Positions 23,337-38,023 of a DNA stretch of 64,000 nucleotides are shown here, one piece after another. The number at the start of each line of letters is the position of its first letter. Position 1 is the first letter of the stretch. The position numbers were made by a program, and so were the translations under genes. Location: the NCBI GenBank assembly GCA_963816185.1, contig CAWFJJ010000029.1:192001-256000 (forward strand). The letters are read 5' to 3'. The notes under the pieces are model-generated. The model did not search any database. It was not told where the DNA came from and worked only from the letters and a program-made list of their open reading frames with translations. Origin of the DNA: Thermoanaerobaculia bacterium (GTDB lineage: Bacteria > Acidobacteriota > Thermoanaerobaculia > UBA5066).

Positions 23337-24308
23337 ATGGCGGCTCGGAAGCAGGGTGAAATCACCCTCGGGATCGATCTGGGCGGGTCGAAGATCCTCG
23401 CGGGCGCCGTGGACGGTGCGGGAAGGATCGTCGGGCGCGGCAAGCTCAAGACCCCATTCGAGAGCGGTGCGGCGGTTCTCACGGAGGCGCTCGTCGAGGC
23501 TTCCGACCTTGCGCTGAAGGAGGCCGGCGCCTCGCGGGAGCGCGTGAGCGCGCTCGCCGTGGCGGGCCCCGGCGCCTTGGACACGGAGAAGGGCGTGATG
23601 ATTCGCGCAGGTAACCTCGCGGTGAAGAACTGGAACGCCGTCGGGGCGCTGGGCGGGGCGTTCCCGAAAGCGCGCCGGCGCCTCGGACACGACGTCCGTC
23701 TTGCGGCTCTCGCGGAGGCACGGCTCGGCGCCGGGCGAGGCGCGTCCACGATGGTCGCTGTGTGGGTCGGCACGGGCGTGGGCGGCGCCGTCATCATCGA
23801 CGGGAAGATCCACGAGGGCCGGAACCGCAACGCGGGCGAGATCGGTCAGATCCAGATCGATTTCCGGCGAGCCGAGCCCGGCAAGCCCAACGGAACGCTG
23901 GAAGGCATCGCTGCCAAGGTCGGGATCACGGCGTGGCTGAGAAGGAGGATCGCCAGAGGCGAGAAGACCTGCCTCGAGAAGGCCGTCTCGAAGAATGACG
24001 CGCGGCTCAAGGGCTCGCAGCTCCGCGAGGCCGTCGAGGCGAAGGACCCTCTCGCGCTGCGCGCACTCGCCCGCTCTGCGAAGGCCGTCGGCGTCGCGAT
24101 GGCGAACGTCTTCAATGTCTTCTCACCCGATCTCTTCGTCCTCGGGGGCGGCGTGGCGGTGGACGTCGGCGCCACGTATCTCGCCGACGTGAGGAAATGG
24201 GCCGAAGCGTTCGCGTTCACCCAGGAGCTCGGGAAGCTCCGGGTCGAGCCGGCCGCGCTGGGAGATGACGCGGGCGTCCTCGGGGCCGCGCTGTACGCAC
24301 GCGAATAG
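23337..24308 (+). CDS. ROK family sugar kinase (glucokinase-like)
   Basis: GIDLGGSK, GTGVGG, AGEIG and LGDDAGVLGAA motifs; in-frame alternative GTG start at 23319. Confidence 0.9.
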   Translation: MAARKQGEITLGIDLGGSKILAGAVDGAGRIVGRGKLKTPFESGAAVLTEALVEASDLALKEAGASRERVSALAVAGPGALDTEKGVMIRAGNLAVKNWNAVGALGGAFPKARRRLGHDVRLAALAEARLGAGRGASTMVAVWVGTGVGGAVIIDGKIHEGRNRNAGEIGQIQIDFRRAEPGKPNGTLEGIAAKVGITAWLRRRIARGEKTCLEKAVSKNDARLKGSQLREAVEAKDPLALRALARSAKAVGVAMANVFNVFSPDLFVLGGGVAVDVGATYLADVRKWAEAFAFTQELGKLRVEPAALGDDAGVLGAALYARE

Positions 24309-24329
24309 CCTCTGGCACAATCGCCGGGT

Positions 24330-25079
24330 ATGGGCTGCACCGGCTGCTCCCTCGGAACCTCCACGAACCCGGGCGGGAATTACGTCGGGGTGCGCCTCGC
24401 CGACGCGATGGACGGAAAGACCGCGCTCGTATTCACCGGAGAGGTCGCCGTCAAGCCGGGCGAGCGCATCATCGTGGAAGCCGAGAACGGCCCCGAGTTT
24501 GCCGAGGTCACGACGACGACCCCGGTCCTCGCGAAGGCGTGCTCTTCGAAGAAGGCGAAGCGCTTCCTGAGGCTCGCGTCCGACTCGGAGTACGCCGACT
24601 ACGTCGAGAGGGTCGAGCTCCAGGACGCGGGCCGCCTCTTCGCCGACGCGGCGGTTCTCGAGCTGAATCTGGACCTCCACATCGTCAAGTGCGCGATCGG
24701 CTTCGACCGGCGGCGGATGACGGTGCTCTACACCTCCGAGAAGAAGCCCGAGACGCGGGAGCTCGCCCGAAGGATCTCGGACCGCTTCGAGATCCGCGTC
24801 GAGATGAAGTCGATCGGCGTGAGGGACGAGACGAAGCTGATCGGCGGCATCGGGTCGTGCGGCCTGACGCTCTGCTGCTCGACCTGGCTCAAGAGCTTCC
24901 ATCCCGTGGCCATCAGGATGGCCAAGATGCAGGGCCTCACCCCGAACCCCTCGAAGCTCACGGGCCAGTGCGGGCGCCTGAAGTGTTGTGTCGCCTACGA
25001 GCTCGAAGGCGGGATCGAGGCCGCGCGCCGGATGAGCCACGGGGGCGACCGGGCACGCTCCGCCCCGCCCGTAGCCTGA
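24330..25079 (+). CDS. ricT: PSP1 / RicT (YaaT) family Fe-S regulatory protein
   Basis: [18 protein letters not shown] and [14 protein letters not shown] motifs. Confidence 0.88.
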   Translation: MGCTGCSLGTSTNPGGNYVGVRLADAMDGKTALVFTGEVAVKPGERIIVEAENGPEFAEVTTTTPVLAKACSSKKAKRFLRLASDSEYADYVERVELQDAGRLFADAAVLELNLDLHIVKCAIGFDRRRMTVLYTSEKKPETRELARRISDRFEIRVEMKSIGVRDETKLIGGIGSCGLTLCCSTWLKSFHPVAIRMAKMQGLTPNPSKLTGQCGRLKCCVAYELEGGIEAARRMSHGGDRARSAPPVA

Positions 25080-25176
25080 GGGACTTTCGGGGCCTCGCTT
25101 TTCTGCCGAAGCGCGGAATAGACTCCCCCTCAAGTTCGTTTCCCGTCTCATGGGTCCCCCAAGAGGAGTCCTCGAC

Positions 25177-25617
25177 ATGGCTTCGGTGAAAAAGCCGCCG
25201 ACCCCAGCAGAGCCCTCCGCCCCCGCGGATGGAGCAGCCGAGCTGGGCCCACGGAAGCTCATCCGGCCCTCGTTGGCCCGCGTCCTGCGCGACCAGGGCG
25301 TTCCATCGCGCGGCCCTTCGTCGCGAAAAATGGTCCCCCCGGAGCAGACGAACGCAGAGGCGTACTACTACCTCAAGCAGATGCAGAGCAAGACGCCGAT
25401 CGTCGTCCGCCTCGTGGACGGCGAGGAGCTGCGCGGCTGGATCGAGTGGTACGACAAGGACGTCATCAAGCTGAACCGCGAGCACGGACCGAACCTGCTC
25501 ATTCCGAAGCGCTCCATCAAATACCTCTTCAAGGAAGAGGAGGAGCGCATGCACAAGAGAAGATTTCGCCCGCCGGGGACGCCCTCCCCCGAGGGGAACT
25601 CCGGGACTCCGGCCTGA
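25177..25617 (+). CDS. Hfq-like Sm-fold RNA-binding protein
   Basis: [27 protein letters not shown]...[10 protein letters not shown] resembles Sm1/Sm2; GAGGAG Shine-Dalgarno. Confidence 0.7.
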   Translation: MASVKKPPTPAEPSAPADGAAELGPRKLIRPSLARVLRDQGVPSRGPSSRKMVPPEQTNAEAYYYLKQMQSKTPIVVRLVDGEELRGWIEWYDKDVIKLNREHGPNLLIPKRSIKYLFKEEEERMHKRRFRPPGTPSPEGNSGTPA

Positions 25618-25665
25618 TCCCGGCGTCGCCTTCAAATGTCGGGACGCCGGGCTAGACTCGGGCCC

Positions 25666-27075
<1,410 letters not shown>

Positions 27076-27078
27076 GGC

Positions 27079-29758
27079 TCAGGGCATGCCTGCTTCGCGC
27101 GGGCGGAAGACCCAGAATTCTCCGCGCGACCCGAGGCCCATGCCGAGGACGAGTCCGCCTCGGCCCCAGGCGGTCGCCACGATTTCGCCGTCGTAGCTGA
27201 CGGGCACGGCCGTGACGCTGCCCGTTGTCGGATCGAGGAGCGCCGGAACCGGAGCCCACGAGCCCTGGGAGATGGCCGCGACGAGAATCCGGCGGTCGGG
27301 GCCGACGGCCCCCTGCGCGAGCGGCGCCGGACGCGATCTTGAGGGGTCCGGTCACGGGGATCGGAGTCTCGGCGTTCGTCGCAAGAACCACGCGGACGAG
27401 CTGTACGCCGGAAGCCGCATCGCGCTGGACCACGACCTCGTCGGCCGTCGGGTCACCTGCAACACCGTGTCCCGCGCAAAGGGGCTTCGTCTTTCCGGTC
27501 GCAGCGTCGAGGGAGGAGATGGTGCCCCCGTCCGCGAAAAAAAACGTCTTCCCGTCACGGGACGCGGCGAGCGCCGCCGGGACCGTCCCCTTGGGAAGAG
27601 CGTACCTCTTGAGAAGCCGCCCGTCGGCGATGGTGGCGATGCCGAGCTGCGGAGGTGCGCCCGAGGCTCCCGTGAGAAAAGCCACGACCCCTGAAGGCGA
27701 GAGGGCGACCGGAGGGAACGCCGCCTCCGAGGAGCCCAGAAAGGGCCGGAGCTCGCCTTCGGCTCCCGTGACGAGAAGCTGCCGGCGGCCGGCCACGACC
27801 CCCGGCACGAGGAGGCGGCCGTCCGGGAACTCGACAGGCGTCATCGCGAGGGCCGCGGGCATCTCGGCAAGCCGCTCCGGCGCGCCCCCGGACGTGGGAA
27901 AGCGCAGCAGGTCGCCAGCGCTCTCGGCGAAACCCACGTAGAGCGTGCCGCTCTCTCCCTCGACGAGGTAGCGGGGACGCGCCGCGAGGGTGAGCAGCGT
28001 CTGAACGGCGCTGCCGTCGCGCGACACCGAAACGATGCGGTGGAGGTCGCCGGCCTGCACGCGCGCGAGCACGTGACGGCCGTCGCGCAGCGGAAGGAAC
28101 GGGGGCGCGAGGCTCACGTCGGGCAGGAACGTCGTCACGGCGCCCGTCTCGAGATTCAGGAGGTGCGTGCGCCTCCCGCCCGCGTCCTTCTCTCCGGCGA
28201 AGCGCCCCCAGACGAGGATGTCGCGTCCGTCCGGCAGGAGGCGCGCGAGAAGGTCGGGCGAATCGGGCAGGACGGGCGGGCCCACGGCTTTCTGGGTTCC
28301 CGTGTCGGGCCAGAACCTCGCGAGTACGAAGCGGTGCTCCTCGTCGAGCTTCACGACCAGAAGGCTCCCATCGGGCAGCGGCTCCGGCCCCTGAACGCCC
28401 TCGAGGACGAGGCGCTCGTCGCCTCCGAGCGAGGGGATACTGAAGACTCCGCGCGGCACGTCCGTGACACGGTCGAAAAGGAGGCGCGAGCCGTCCCTGG
28501 ACCATTCGACTCGATGCACCGAACCCGCGTCGCTCCGCCTGGTGAGGACGGTCCAGTCCCCCGAGGAGGGGTCCATGACGGCGACCTGGGCGAGGCCTCC
28601 CACAACCGTGAGGAAGGCGATGCGGCGCCCGTCCGGCGAGCCCCGTGGCGCGAGGACGCGTGTCGACCCGCCCATCACGAGAGAACCCGTCCAGCTCGGC
28701 GCGGGAGCGTCGCTCACCTCGCGCCTCAGCCAGTAGCCGAATCCCGCGCCGGCCGCGGCGATTGCGAGGATGCCCAGTGTCGCCAAGAGGATGCGGCCCG
28801 CGTGGCGCCCGAGCGGGACGGCCTTGTCGGCGGGTGCGGCTTCCGACACTGCCGTGGACGTCGTGCCGGAGGCCGAAGGCGCGATCCTCAGGCTCTCGGT
28901 CCCGAACAGGCCGTCCGTGTTGAGCTGCATCTGCTTGAGATCGCGAGCGAGGTCTCGCGTCGAGGCGTACCGCTCGTCCGGGTCCTTCGCGAGGCAGCGT
29001 TCGATGATCCAGCGAACGGGGGCGGGAAGGCGGGGCGCGAGGGCCGCGAGCGGCTCCGGCTCCTCGCGGATGACGGCCGCGAGCGTCTCCGCCGCTGTCG
29101 CGCGGTCGAAGGCCCGCTTACCCGTCGCAAGCTCGTAGAGGATCAGGCCCGCCGAGAACTGGTCCGAGCGGAAATCCACGATGCGGCCGGACGCCTGCTC
29201 GGGGGACATGTACGATGGCGTGCCGATGACGATTCCCGTCGCGGTGAGGAAGGGCGTCTCCGGGTTTCCGAGCCGCGCATCCGACAGCTTGGCAATTCCG
29301 AAGTCGAGGATCTTCAGGAATCCGTCCGCCGAAACCATGAGATTCTCCGGCTTCAGATCCCGGTGGACGATGCGCACGCCGTGGGCACGCGCGAGCCCGT
29401 CCATGAGCTGCGCGCCGAGATCCACGAGGCGGCGGACGGGCACGGGACCCTCCGAGAGGATCTCCCGCACCGTCTTTCCCGCGATGAGCTCCATCGCGAG
29501 GTACGGCACGCCGGCGGCCTGCCCGATCTCGTAGATCGTGACGATGCTCGGATGGTTCAGCGCGGAAGCCGCGCGCGCCTCCTGCCCGAACCGAATGAGC
29601 CCCTCGCGGTCCGACAGGAGATGAGGGGACAGGACCTTCAGGGCGACGTCCCGGCCGAGCCGGCTGTCCCTGGCGCGATAGACCTCGCCCATCGATCCCG
29701 ATCCCAGCGGGGCCTGGATCTCGAAAGGACCGAGACGCGTTCCGTTGGTGAGGGGCAC
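27079..29758 (-). CDS. Ser/Thr protein kinase with TM segment and beta-propeller (apparent frameshift near 27335)
   Basis: [21 protein letters not shown] and YMSPEQ motifs; the C-terminus continues in another frame to ...EFWVFRPREAGMP*. Confidence 0.9.
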
Positions 29759-29825
29759 TGGCGAAAGGATACGTCAGCGGTCCGGCCACGAAAGGCCGAC
29801 GACGCCGGACGCGAGCGGGTCTTCC

Positions 29826-31168
29826 TCAATCGGGTTTCTTGACGACCTTCCCGCGCGAGATCACCGCAACCGTCTTCTCCGTCGTCTTGATGTTGTTGAG
29901 CGGGTCGCCCGCCACGGCCACGAGATCGGCGGCACAGCCGGGGGCGAGGCAGCCCAGCGTGCCCGACTGTCCGAGAAGATCGGCCGCGACGACGGTCGCC
30001 GAGCGAAGCGCGTCCCACGGGGTCATGCCCCACGCGACCATGAAGGAGAACTCCTCGGCCTCGTTCCGCTTGTCCCAGTCGAACCCGCCCGCGTCCGTTC
30101 CGAACGCGATCGGCACTCCGGCTTTGTAGGCCCTCTTGAAGGAGTCCTGCGAGGCGGCCCAGAGCTGGTCCCAGATCGGGTTCGTCTTCGACCGCGGGCC
30201 TTTCACGAAGTCCGAGACCGTGATCGTCGGGCAGTACGGGACCTTCCTTGCAACCATCGCCTTGACGGTGTCGTCATCCAGCACGTCCCCGTGCTCGATC
30301 GAATCCACTCCGGCCGAGAGCGCGATGCGATGGCCTGACGGCGTCATCGAGTGGGCCGCGACCTTCTTCCTCAGCTTGTGCGCTTCCTCGACGATGGCCT
30401 TCATCTCCTCGGGCGTGAAGTTCGGAATCGCGGCCCAGCCGCCGTCCGGTGTCCGGTAATAGCTCCGGTCCGCGTAGACCTTGATCCAGTCGACGCCGTT
30501 CTGGACCTGGAAGCGCACGGCCTTGCGACACTCGTCGGGCCCGTCGCACTTCAGGATCGCCGTCGGGCATCTTCCGCTCCCACGAGTAGCCGAGGAGCGG
30601 ATAGCCGCCCGTGACGTTCATCGCGGGACCCGCCGCGAAGACGCGCGGCCCCGGAAGGATGCCGCGTTCGAATGCTCGTCTGAGATCAACGTCTGCGAAT
30701 CCCGCGCCTTCGGTCCCGAGGTCGCGCACGGTCGTGAAACCGTGGTCGAGGGCGATGCTCGCGGCTTTGGCGGCGCGCAGGGCCCGATAGGGGCCCGATT
30801 CGAAGAGCACCTGCTCGTCGTATTCGGCCGACGTCGCGTCGCCCTGGAGCAGGAGGTGCGTGTGCGCGTCGATGAAGCCGGGCAGACAGGTGTAGGCGGA
30901 GAGGTCGAGGACGGAGGAGAGTGAACCGGGTGATACGGGAGAGTTCTTAGAGGGTGAAGAGGGCGCGCCCGCGGCCGAGCCGCCCGAGTTCGCGACGCGC
31001 GTCACTCTCCCACCTTCTAAGAAAATCTCCACGTTCGCCTTCGACGTGCGGCTGCCGGGATCGAGAAGAGTCCCGCACCGGACGACCAGCGGGCGCCTCG
31101 GCGGCGACGAGACTCGTGGCGGCGAACGCCGGGGCGGCGAGAACCAGCAGAAGATCCCTCGTTCGCAT
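29826..31168 (-). CDS. Secreted amidohydrolase (Xaa-Pro dipeptidase-like; apparent frameshifts near 31100 and 30560)
   Basis: PGFIDAHTH, GFTTVRDLG, VAAH, SIEHG and GTDAG motifs across frames. Confidence 0.88.
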
Positions 31169-31207
31169 TTGACGGAGCCTCCGTTCCAACGCAGGATGCC
31201 CGGGATT

Positions 31208-31774
31208 ATGAGCCGCGTCGGCGATCTGAGGCAGGCCCGGGAACGCATGGAGGCGGTGAGGGCCGAGATCTACGCGACCGTGTCCGGAAAGTCCGACTCC
31301 GAGCTCCTCTGCCCGCCGGCCGGCGGCGGCTGGTCGGCCGCGGAGGTTCTCGATCACCTCCGGGCGGCGGAGGGCTCGCTCGTGAGGGCGCTTAGGAAGT
31401 TCGAGAAGGGCGAGCCGACGCGCGTACCGAAGCTGGCGTGGTGGTATCGCGTGCCGATGTCGCCGTTCTTCTGGCGCATCCGGTTCACGGCGCCGAAGCT
31501 CGTCAGGCCGCGGCCGCGCGCCGAGGTGAATCCGGGAGAAGTGCTCGAGGCGCTCCGGACGTCGCGCCGGGAGCTCTTCGCGATCGCCGACCGAATGGGA
31601 GAAGAACGCTTCGCGGCGATGATCTTTCCGCACTTCCTCCTCGGGCGCTTCAGCGGCGTGACGTGGTTCCGTTTCATCGGCAGCCACGAGACGAGGCACC
31701 TCGGCCAGCTACGCCGCGTCCTCGCTGGCTCGAAGGTCCTCCGCTGCGCGCCTGCGTCCGGGCGGATCTCCTAG
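31208..31774 (+). CDS. DinB family protein
   Basis: GWSAAEVLDHL...E and HETRHLGQL motifs. Confidence 0.85.
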   Translation: MSRVGDLRQARERMEAVRAEIYATVSGKSDSELLCPPAGGGWSAAEVLDHLRAAEGSLVRALRKFEKGEPTRVPKLAWWYRVPMSPFFWRIRFTAPKLVRPRPRAEVNPGEVLEALRTSRRELFAIADRMGEERFAAMIFPHFLLGRFSGVTWFRFIGSHETRHLGQLRRVLAGSKVLRCAPASGRIS

Positions 31775-33208
31775 CGCGCGCCGCGGCCGGTCAGGACGGT
31801 CGGAATCGTGCGGAGCAGGATCTTCGCGTCGAGGCCGAGGCTCCAGTTGTCGATGTAGGCGAGGTCGAGGCTCATCCACTCGTTGAACTCGGCGATCTCG
31901 TTCCGCCCCGACACCTGCCACAGGCCGGTGACGCCGGGCTTCATCGAGAGGCGGCGCCGCTGCCATCTCTCGTAGCGCGCGACCTCTTCGGGAAGGGGCG
32001 GGCGCGGCCCCACGAGGGACATCTCGCCCCGCAGGACGTTCCAGAGCTGGGGGACCTCGTCGAACGAGAAGCGGCGGATGAGGCGTCCGAAAGCGGTGAG
32101 ACGCGGGTCGTTCGCCGCCTTGAAGACGGGGCCGTCGTGCTCGTTCAGGTGCGCGACGCCGGGCAGAAGCTCCTCCGCTCCTTCGATCATCGTGCGCAGC
32201 TTGACGAGCGTGAAGGGGCGGCCGTTCAGCCCGCAGCGCGTCTGACGGAAGAGCACCGGCCCCCGCGACGTGAGCTTGATGACGAGCGCCGCGAGCGTGA
32301 CGGGTACGAAGGACACGAGGCCGATGAGGACGGACAGGAAAATGTCGACCGTTCGTTTGACGAGGAGGGCGAAGGCCTTCTCCCGGGGTCGTCGAGAACG
32401 TCAGGAGCGGCGTCCCCTCGAGCTCCTCGAGCTCCACGCGCGCGAGGACGTGAGGGAAGAAATCGAGCACGAGCCGCGTCTTGACGCCCATCTCCTCGCA
32501 AAGCAGGAAGATGTCCTCGAGCTTCGGCAGGTCTCCGCGATCCACCGCGAGGATGACCTCGTCGATGGTGAACTCCGTGAGGACCTTCGGAAAATCCTGA
32601 AGGGAGCCGAGAAGCGGGACGCCGTTGGCAGTCGTCGTCTGGCCGTCCTCGGCGGGCTTCTCGCGCAGGAGGCCGAGGAGCTTCAACCCCCACCACGGAT
32701 GCTCGCGGATGAGGCGGGCCATGGACGCAGCCCGCGGCGTGTCCCCGACGAGGACGACGGTGCGGAAATTGAAGCCGAGCGACCGCACGCGGCGGGCCAC
32801 GAGACGGACCGTGACGCGCTCGGACACGAGGAAAAGGACGTTCACGACGAAGAAGATGGCGAGAAACGGCCGCGAGATGAAGTCCCAGCGGGCGCCGAAG
32901 ACGACGAGGGCGAGCAGGAGGCTTCCGAAGAACGAAGTGCGGGTCATGAGCGCGACTTCGTCCTTGAGGCGCAGCGTGCGGTGGCTGCGATATGCGCCTT
33001 CCAGGAAGAGGAGGCCCGAGAAGATCAGCACGGTGGGTCCCACGAGGACGAGGTACCAGTTGAAGTCGTAGAGCGGCGTCAGCCGGCTGAAGACGTGCGG
33101 CAGGAGCTCGCTTCGGAGCACATACGCCACGGGCAGCGTCGCGAGCGTGACGCTGAGGTCGGCCGCGTACAGGAGCGTGGCGATCGTCCGGGCTTGCTGC
33201 TTCAGCAT
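31771..33208 (-). CDS. Undecaprenyl-phosphate sugar phosphotransferase (WcaJ/WbaP-like; apparent frameshift near 32375)
   Basis: TM region and CoA-binding-like domain followed by KLRTM, DEVPQLWNVLRGEMSLVGPRP and PGVTGLWQVSGR. Confidence 0.92.
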
Positions 33209-33265
33209 TCGGGGACGGGAGCTTCCCCGCCGCCCCGATCCTAGCAAGGGCGCGCGTTTCAAGCC

Positions 33266-34372
33266 TCAGGGACCCGTCAGGAGCGCCTCATACGCGTTCG
33301 CCACCGCCTCCCAACGGTAATCCCGAAGGGCGCGCTCGAGCGCCGCCCGGCCCGAGCGCTCCCGCGCCGAGGGGTCCGACAGCAGCGCCGTCAGAGACGC
33401 AGCGAGGGCCTCGGCGCTTCGCGCGTTCACGTAGAGCGCGGCCTCCCCGGCCGCCTCGCGATTCTCGGGGGTGTCGTGGACGACGAGCGGCCTGCCGAAC
33501 CCCATCGCCTCGACGAGCGCCGGGTGCGTGCCCCCGACTTCCGTCGCGTGCACGTAGACCGCGGCGTGTTGGAGGAGCTCGCGATACGCGTCCCCGTAAA
33601 GCGCTCCGGGGAGGAAGACTCGCGGGTCGAGAGCGGCCTCAGAGCGGATCTGCGCGAGATAGGAGTCCGCGTAGGGGGCCGCACCCACCAGGACGAGCTT
33701 CGTTTCGCCCGGCACGCGGCGGAACGCGCGTACGACGGCGTCCGCATTGTTCTCCGGCTCGAAGCGCGAGACGTAGAGCACGTAGCCGCCGCTCTGAAGG
33801 CCGAGGCGCTCGAGCGTCGCGAGGGAGGTGGAAGGAGGGAGGTCGGAGCCGTACGGAATGAACACGGACTCCTTTCCGTACCGCTCGCGGTAGTAGGTCT
33901 GGATCGCGCGGGCATCCGTCACGACGGCGTCCGGCATCACGCACGAGAGCCGCTCCGAGAGCGCGTAGACGAGCCGCCCGAGGCGATTCCACTTGCGGCG
34001 GTTCCGCTCGAGGCCGTCCACGTTCAGGACGATGCGCGTCGGCGTCCCGAGAAGACGCGGCAGACGGCAGAGGAGGGCATTGGCGCCGTTGCAGACGAGA
34101 ACGGCGTCATAGCCCTCTGCCGCGGCATGGAGGCCCGAGAGCGCCGAATGGACCGCCGTGTCGAAGTATTTCAGGCGGACCGTCGGAAGGTGGACGACGC
34201 GTGCCCCGCGGTGGGTCGAAACGACGGAGCCGACGCCGTGCGGCCGTGCATAGACCGTGACGTCGTGCCCGCGGCCGGCCAGCCGGGCGGAGAGCTCCTC
34301 GGCAAGCGTCTCGAAACCTCCGTACGCGGCGGGAATGCCGCGCGTCCCGACTGACTGCGAACCATCCTTCAT
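33266..34372 (-). CDS. GT4 glycosyltransferase (DUF1972-type)
   Basis: GTRGIPAAYGGFET, SRFEPENN and VGGTHPALVEAM motifs; the first codons look corrupted. Confidence 0.9.
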   Translation of the reverse strand: MKDGSQSVGTRGIPAAYGGFETLAEELSARLAGRGHDVTVYARPHGVGSVVSTHRGARVVHLPTVRLKYFDTAVHSALSGLHAAAEGYDAVLVCNGANALLCRLPRLLGTPTRIVLNVDGLERNRRKWNRLGRLVYALSERLSCVMPDAVVTDARAIQTYYRERYGKESVFIPYGSDLPPSTSLATLERLGLQSGGYVLYVSRFEPENNADAVVRAFRRVPGETKLVLVGAAPYADSYLAQIRSEAALDPRVFLPGALYGDAYRELLQHAAVYVHATEVGGTHPALVEAMGFGRPLVVHDTPENREAAGEAALYVNARSAEALAASLTALLSDPSARERSGRAALERALRDYRWEAVANAYEALLTGP

Positions 34373-35396
34373 GCGCCGGCGCGCGCCCCTCCTCTTCGGA
34401 GGTGAACCAGGGCAGGAGCGCGCGGTCGGTCACGGTGCGCGCGGCGCGAATCGCGGCGCGCTTTTCGAGAAGGCGCGTGCGGTTCTCCGCGAGCCAGCGG
34501 AGGGCCGGCAAAGAGCTCCGCTCCACCGTCAGGCACGCGGCGACGACGACGAGATCACGGACGAACGTGCCTGCGAACGTCGCCTTGAGGTGCTCTTTTC
34601 CCGCATTGTTGATCCGGAGCAGGAAGCGGTTCTTGACGGAATGGAGATTCGCCGCGGGTGACATCTCGCGGCGCCTCTCGGGCAGGTTGCGCCGTCGATG
34701 CCACGCCCGGGCGGCGGGGACGCAGCGCGCGGTCCAACCGCGCCCGCGGAGCCGCCACGCGAGGTCCACGTCCTCGCGGTAGAGAAAGAAGTCGTCGTCG
34801 AAAAAGCCCGTCGCGACCTTCACGTCTTCGAGCGCGGCCGTCCGGTAGAGCGCGACGCAGCCCGAGACGCCGAAAACCTCCGCTCCGCCGTCGTAGCGCC
34901 CGTCGTCCGGAAGGCCCGCACCGATGTCGAAGTGCCGGCCGTTCTTCGTCATGCGGATCCCGACCGTGTCGAGCACGGTCGTGGGAACGAGGTCGGCGCC
35001 GTCGGCCCTCAGGATCTTTCCGGTGAAGGCGCCGGCGCGGGCGTTTTCCGGCCTCTCGGCTTCGTCGAGAAGGCGGTCGAGAAAATCGGGCGCGAGGACG
35101 ACGTCGGAATTGAGGACGAGGACCCACGCGCTCCGAGCCTCCACGGCCTTGCCGATCGCGAGGTTGTGGCCCCCCGTGTAGCCGAGATTCTCGCGCGAGG
35201 CGACGACCGCGAGGGGGACGGGAGTCACCTTCTCGAACGCGGCGAACGTGGAGCGGGTGCCGTCCTCCGACGCGTTGTCCACAGCCACGATCGAAAAATC
35301 CCGGAACGTCTGCGCGAAGAGGGACGGCAGCAGACGCTCGACGTCACGGGACTCGTTGTGCGTGACGATCGAGACGAGAACACGCGGGCCCGTCAC
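34369..35396 (-). CDS. GT2 glycosyltransferase (stop codon uncertain)
   Basis: VDNAS.DGT, NLGYTGGHN, LNSD and FFLYREDVDL motifs; GTGA overlap with the upstream gene. Confidence 0.85.
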
Positions 35397-36343
35397 GAGG
35401 AGGGCCCTCCCTTGAGGAGCGCCGAGCGCCAGCCGAAGCCGAGAAGCCCGCGGGCGACGCGCGCATGGGCTTCCGCCGCGTCTCTTCGCGGGTGGTCGGG
35501 CAGGACGAAGGGAAGGAGCGCGAGTCTCAAGGCCGCGCCCGCGAGCGTCGCGGCACGCGCAACGGCGTTCGCCCCGGGCGAGGCGTGGCGCGCGAGGTAG
35601 CGAAAGAGATTCCGGACGTAGACGGGGCGGAAATCGCGGTAGGGGAGCGCCTGCATCGTGACTCCGCCCACGTGCGTGGCGCGGCCCTCGGGAACGTACC
35701 GGATCCGCCGGCCCGACTCCAGCAGGCGCGCGCAGAGATCCACATCCTCGAACCACGCGGGCGTGAAGGCGGCATCGAAGCCCGAGAGCGCTTCGAACGC
35801 GTCGCGCCTCACGAGCAGGGCCGCAGCGGCGGGCTGCTCGACGTCGAAAGCCGCGCTTCGGTCCTCGTCGAGGTAGCGGTCGCGGCGAAAGCCCGCGTTG
35901 TTCGGGAAGAGGCGGTCGACGAGAAACGCCTCGCGCACGAGCGCGCGTGCCGACGGGAGGCGGCGGAGCTGAAAGCGGTCCTGGCCGTCGCCCTCGAGCC
36001 GTGGCGCCACGGCGGCAACGGCGGGGTCCGCGTCGAGCGCGGCGAGGAGCGCGGCGAGAGTCCGCGCGCCGTCCACGAGGGCGGCGTCGGGATTCAGGAA
36101 GAGGATCGTCTCCGACGGTCCGCCTTCGAGCGCGGCGCGGTTGCACGCGGGGCCGAAGCCGAGATTCGCACCGGCTTCGATCACGCGCGCGCCCGCCTTT
36201 CGGGCGGCGTCCGCCGAGCCGTCCGACGAGGCGTTGTCGACGACGACGACGGGCACGCCCTCGGGCACGGAGCCGATCGCGTCGCTCAGGTGAGCGGCGG
36301 AGTTCCAGGACACGATGGCGACGAGGACGCGCGGGACGGTCAA
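35393..36343 (-). CDS. GT2 glycosyltransferase
   Basis: VDNASSDGS, NLGFGPACN, LNPD and WFEDVDLC motifs; TTG start. Confidence 0.88.
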   Translation of the reverse strand: MTVPRVLVAIVSWNSAAHLSDAIGSVPEGVPVVVVDNASSDGSADAARKAGARVIEAGANLGFGPACNRAALEGGPSETILFLNPDAALVDGARTLAALLAALDADPAVAAVAPRLEGDGQDRFQLRRLPSARALVREAFLVDRLFPNNAGFRRDRYLDEDRSAAFDVEQPAAAALLVRRDAFEALSGFDAAFTPAWFEDVDLCARLLESGRRIRYVPEGRATHVGGVTMQALPYRDFRPVYVRNLFRYLARHASPGANAVARAATLAGAALRLALLPFVLPDHPRRDAAEAHARVARGLLGFGWRSALLKGGPSS

Positions 36344-36375
36344 AGCCGGACGATGATAGTTAGAATGCCGCTCCC

Positions 36376-37666
<1,291 letters not shown>

Positions 37667-37678
37667 CGGCGGGCGAAA

Positions 37679-37767
<89 letters not shown>

Positions 37768-37836
37768 ACGCAGAGCTCATTCTCCATCACGATTATCTAC
37801 TGTCCCTGCTAGACTTCGCGGCCCGGGCCCTCACGC

Positions 37837-37930
37837 GGACAGGTGGGTGAGTGGCTTAAACCAGCGGTTTGCTAAACCGCCGTAGGGCTTTAAATCCTTA
37901 CCGGGGGTTCGAATCCCCCCCTGTCCGCCA
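37837..37930 (+). tRNA. tRNA-Ser(GCU)
   Basis: GGACAGGTGGGTGAGTGG...TTGCTAA...long variable arm...GGTTCGAATCCC...GCCA. Confidence 0.95.
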
Positions 37931-38023
37931 TATGAGTCGTCCTGTGGGAGAGGGAAACTTTCGTCCCTCGAATCCCGTAACAGGCGGAGGAGTCAACGTG
38001 TTGCGAGAGAAGGGAGTCCTTCG

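Noticed and set aside
37837-38023. Island integrated at tRNA-Ser(GCU)
   Set aside because: No duplicated tRNA 3' end or integrase found, and downstream genes have host-like composition
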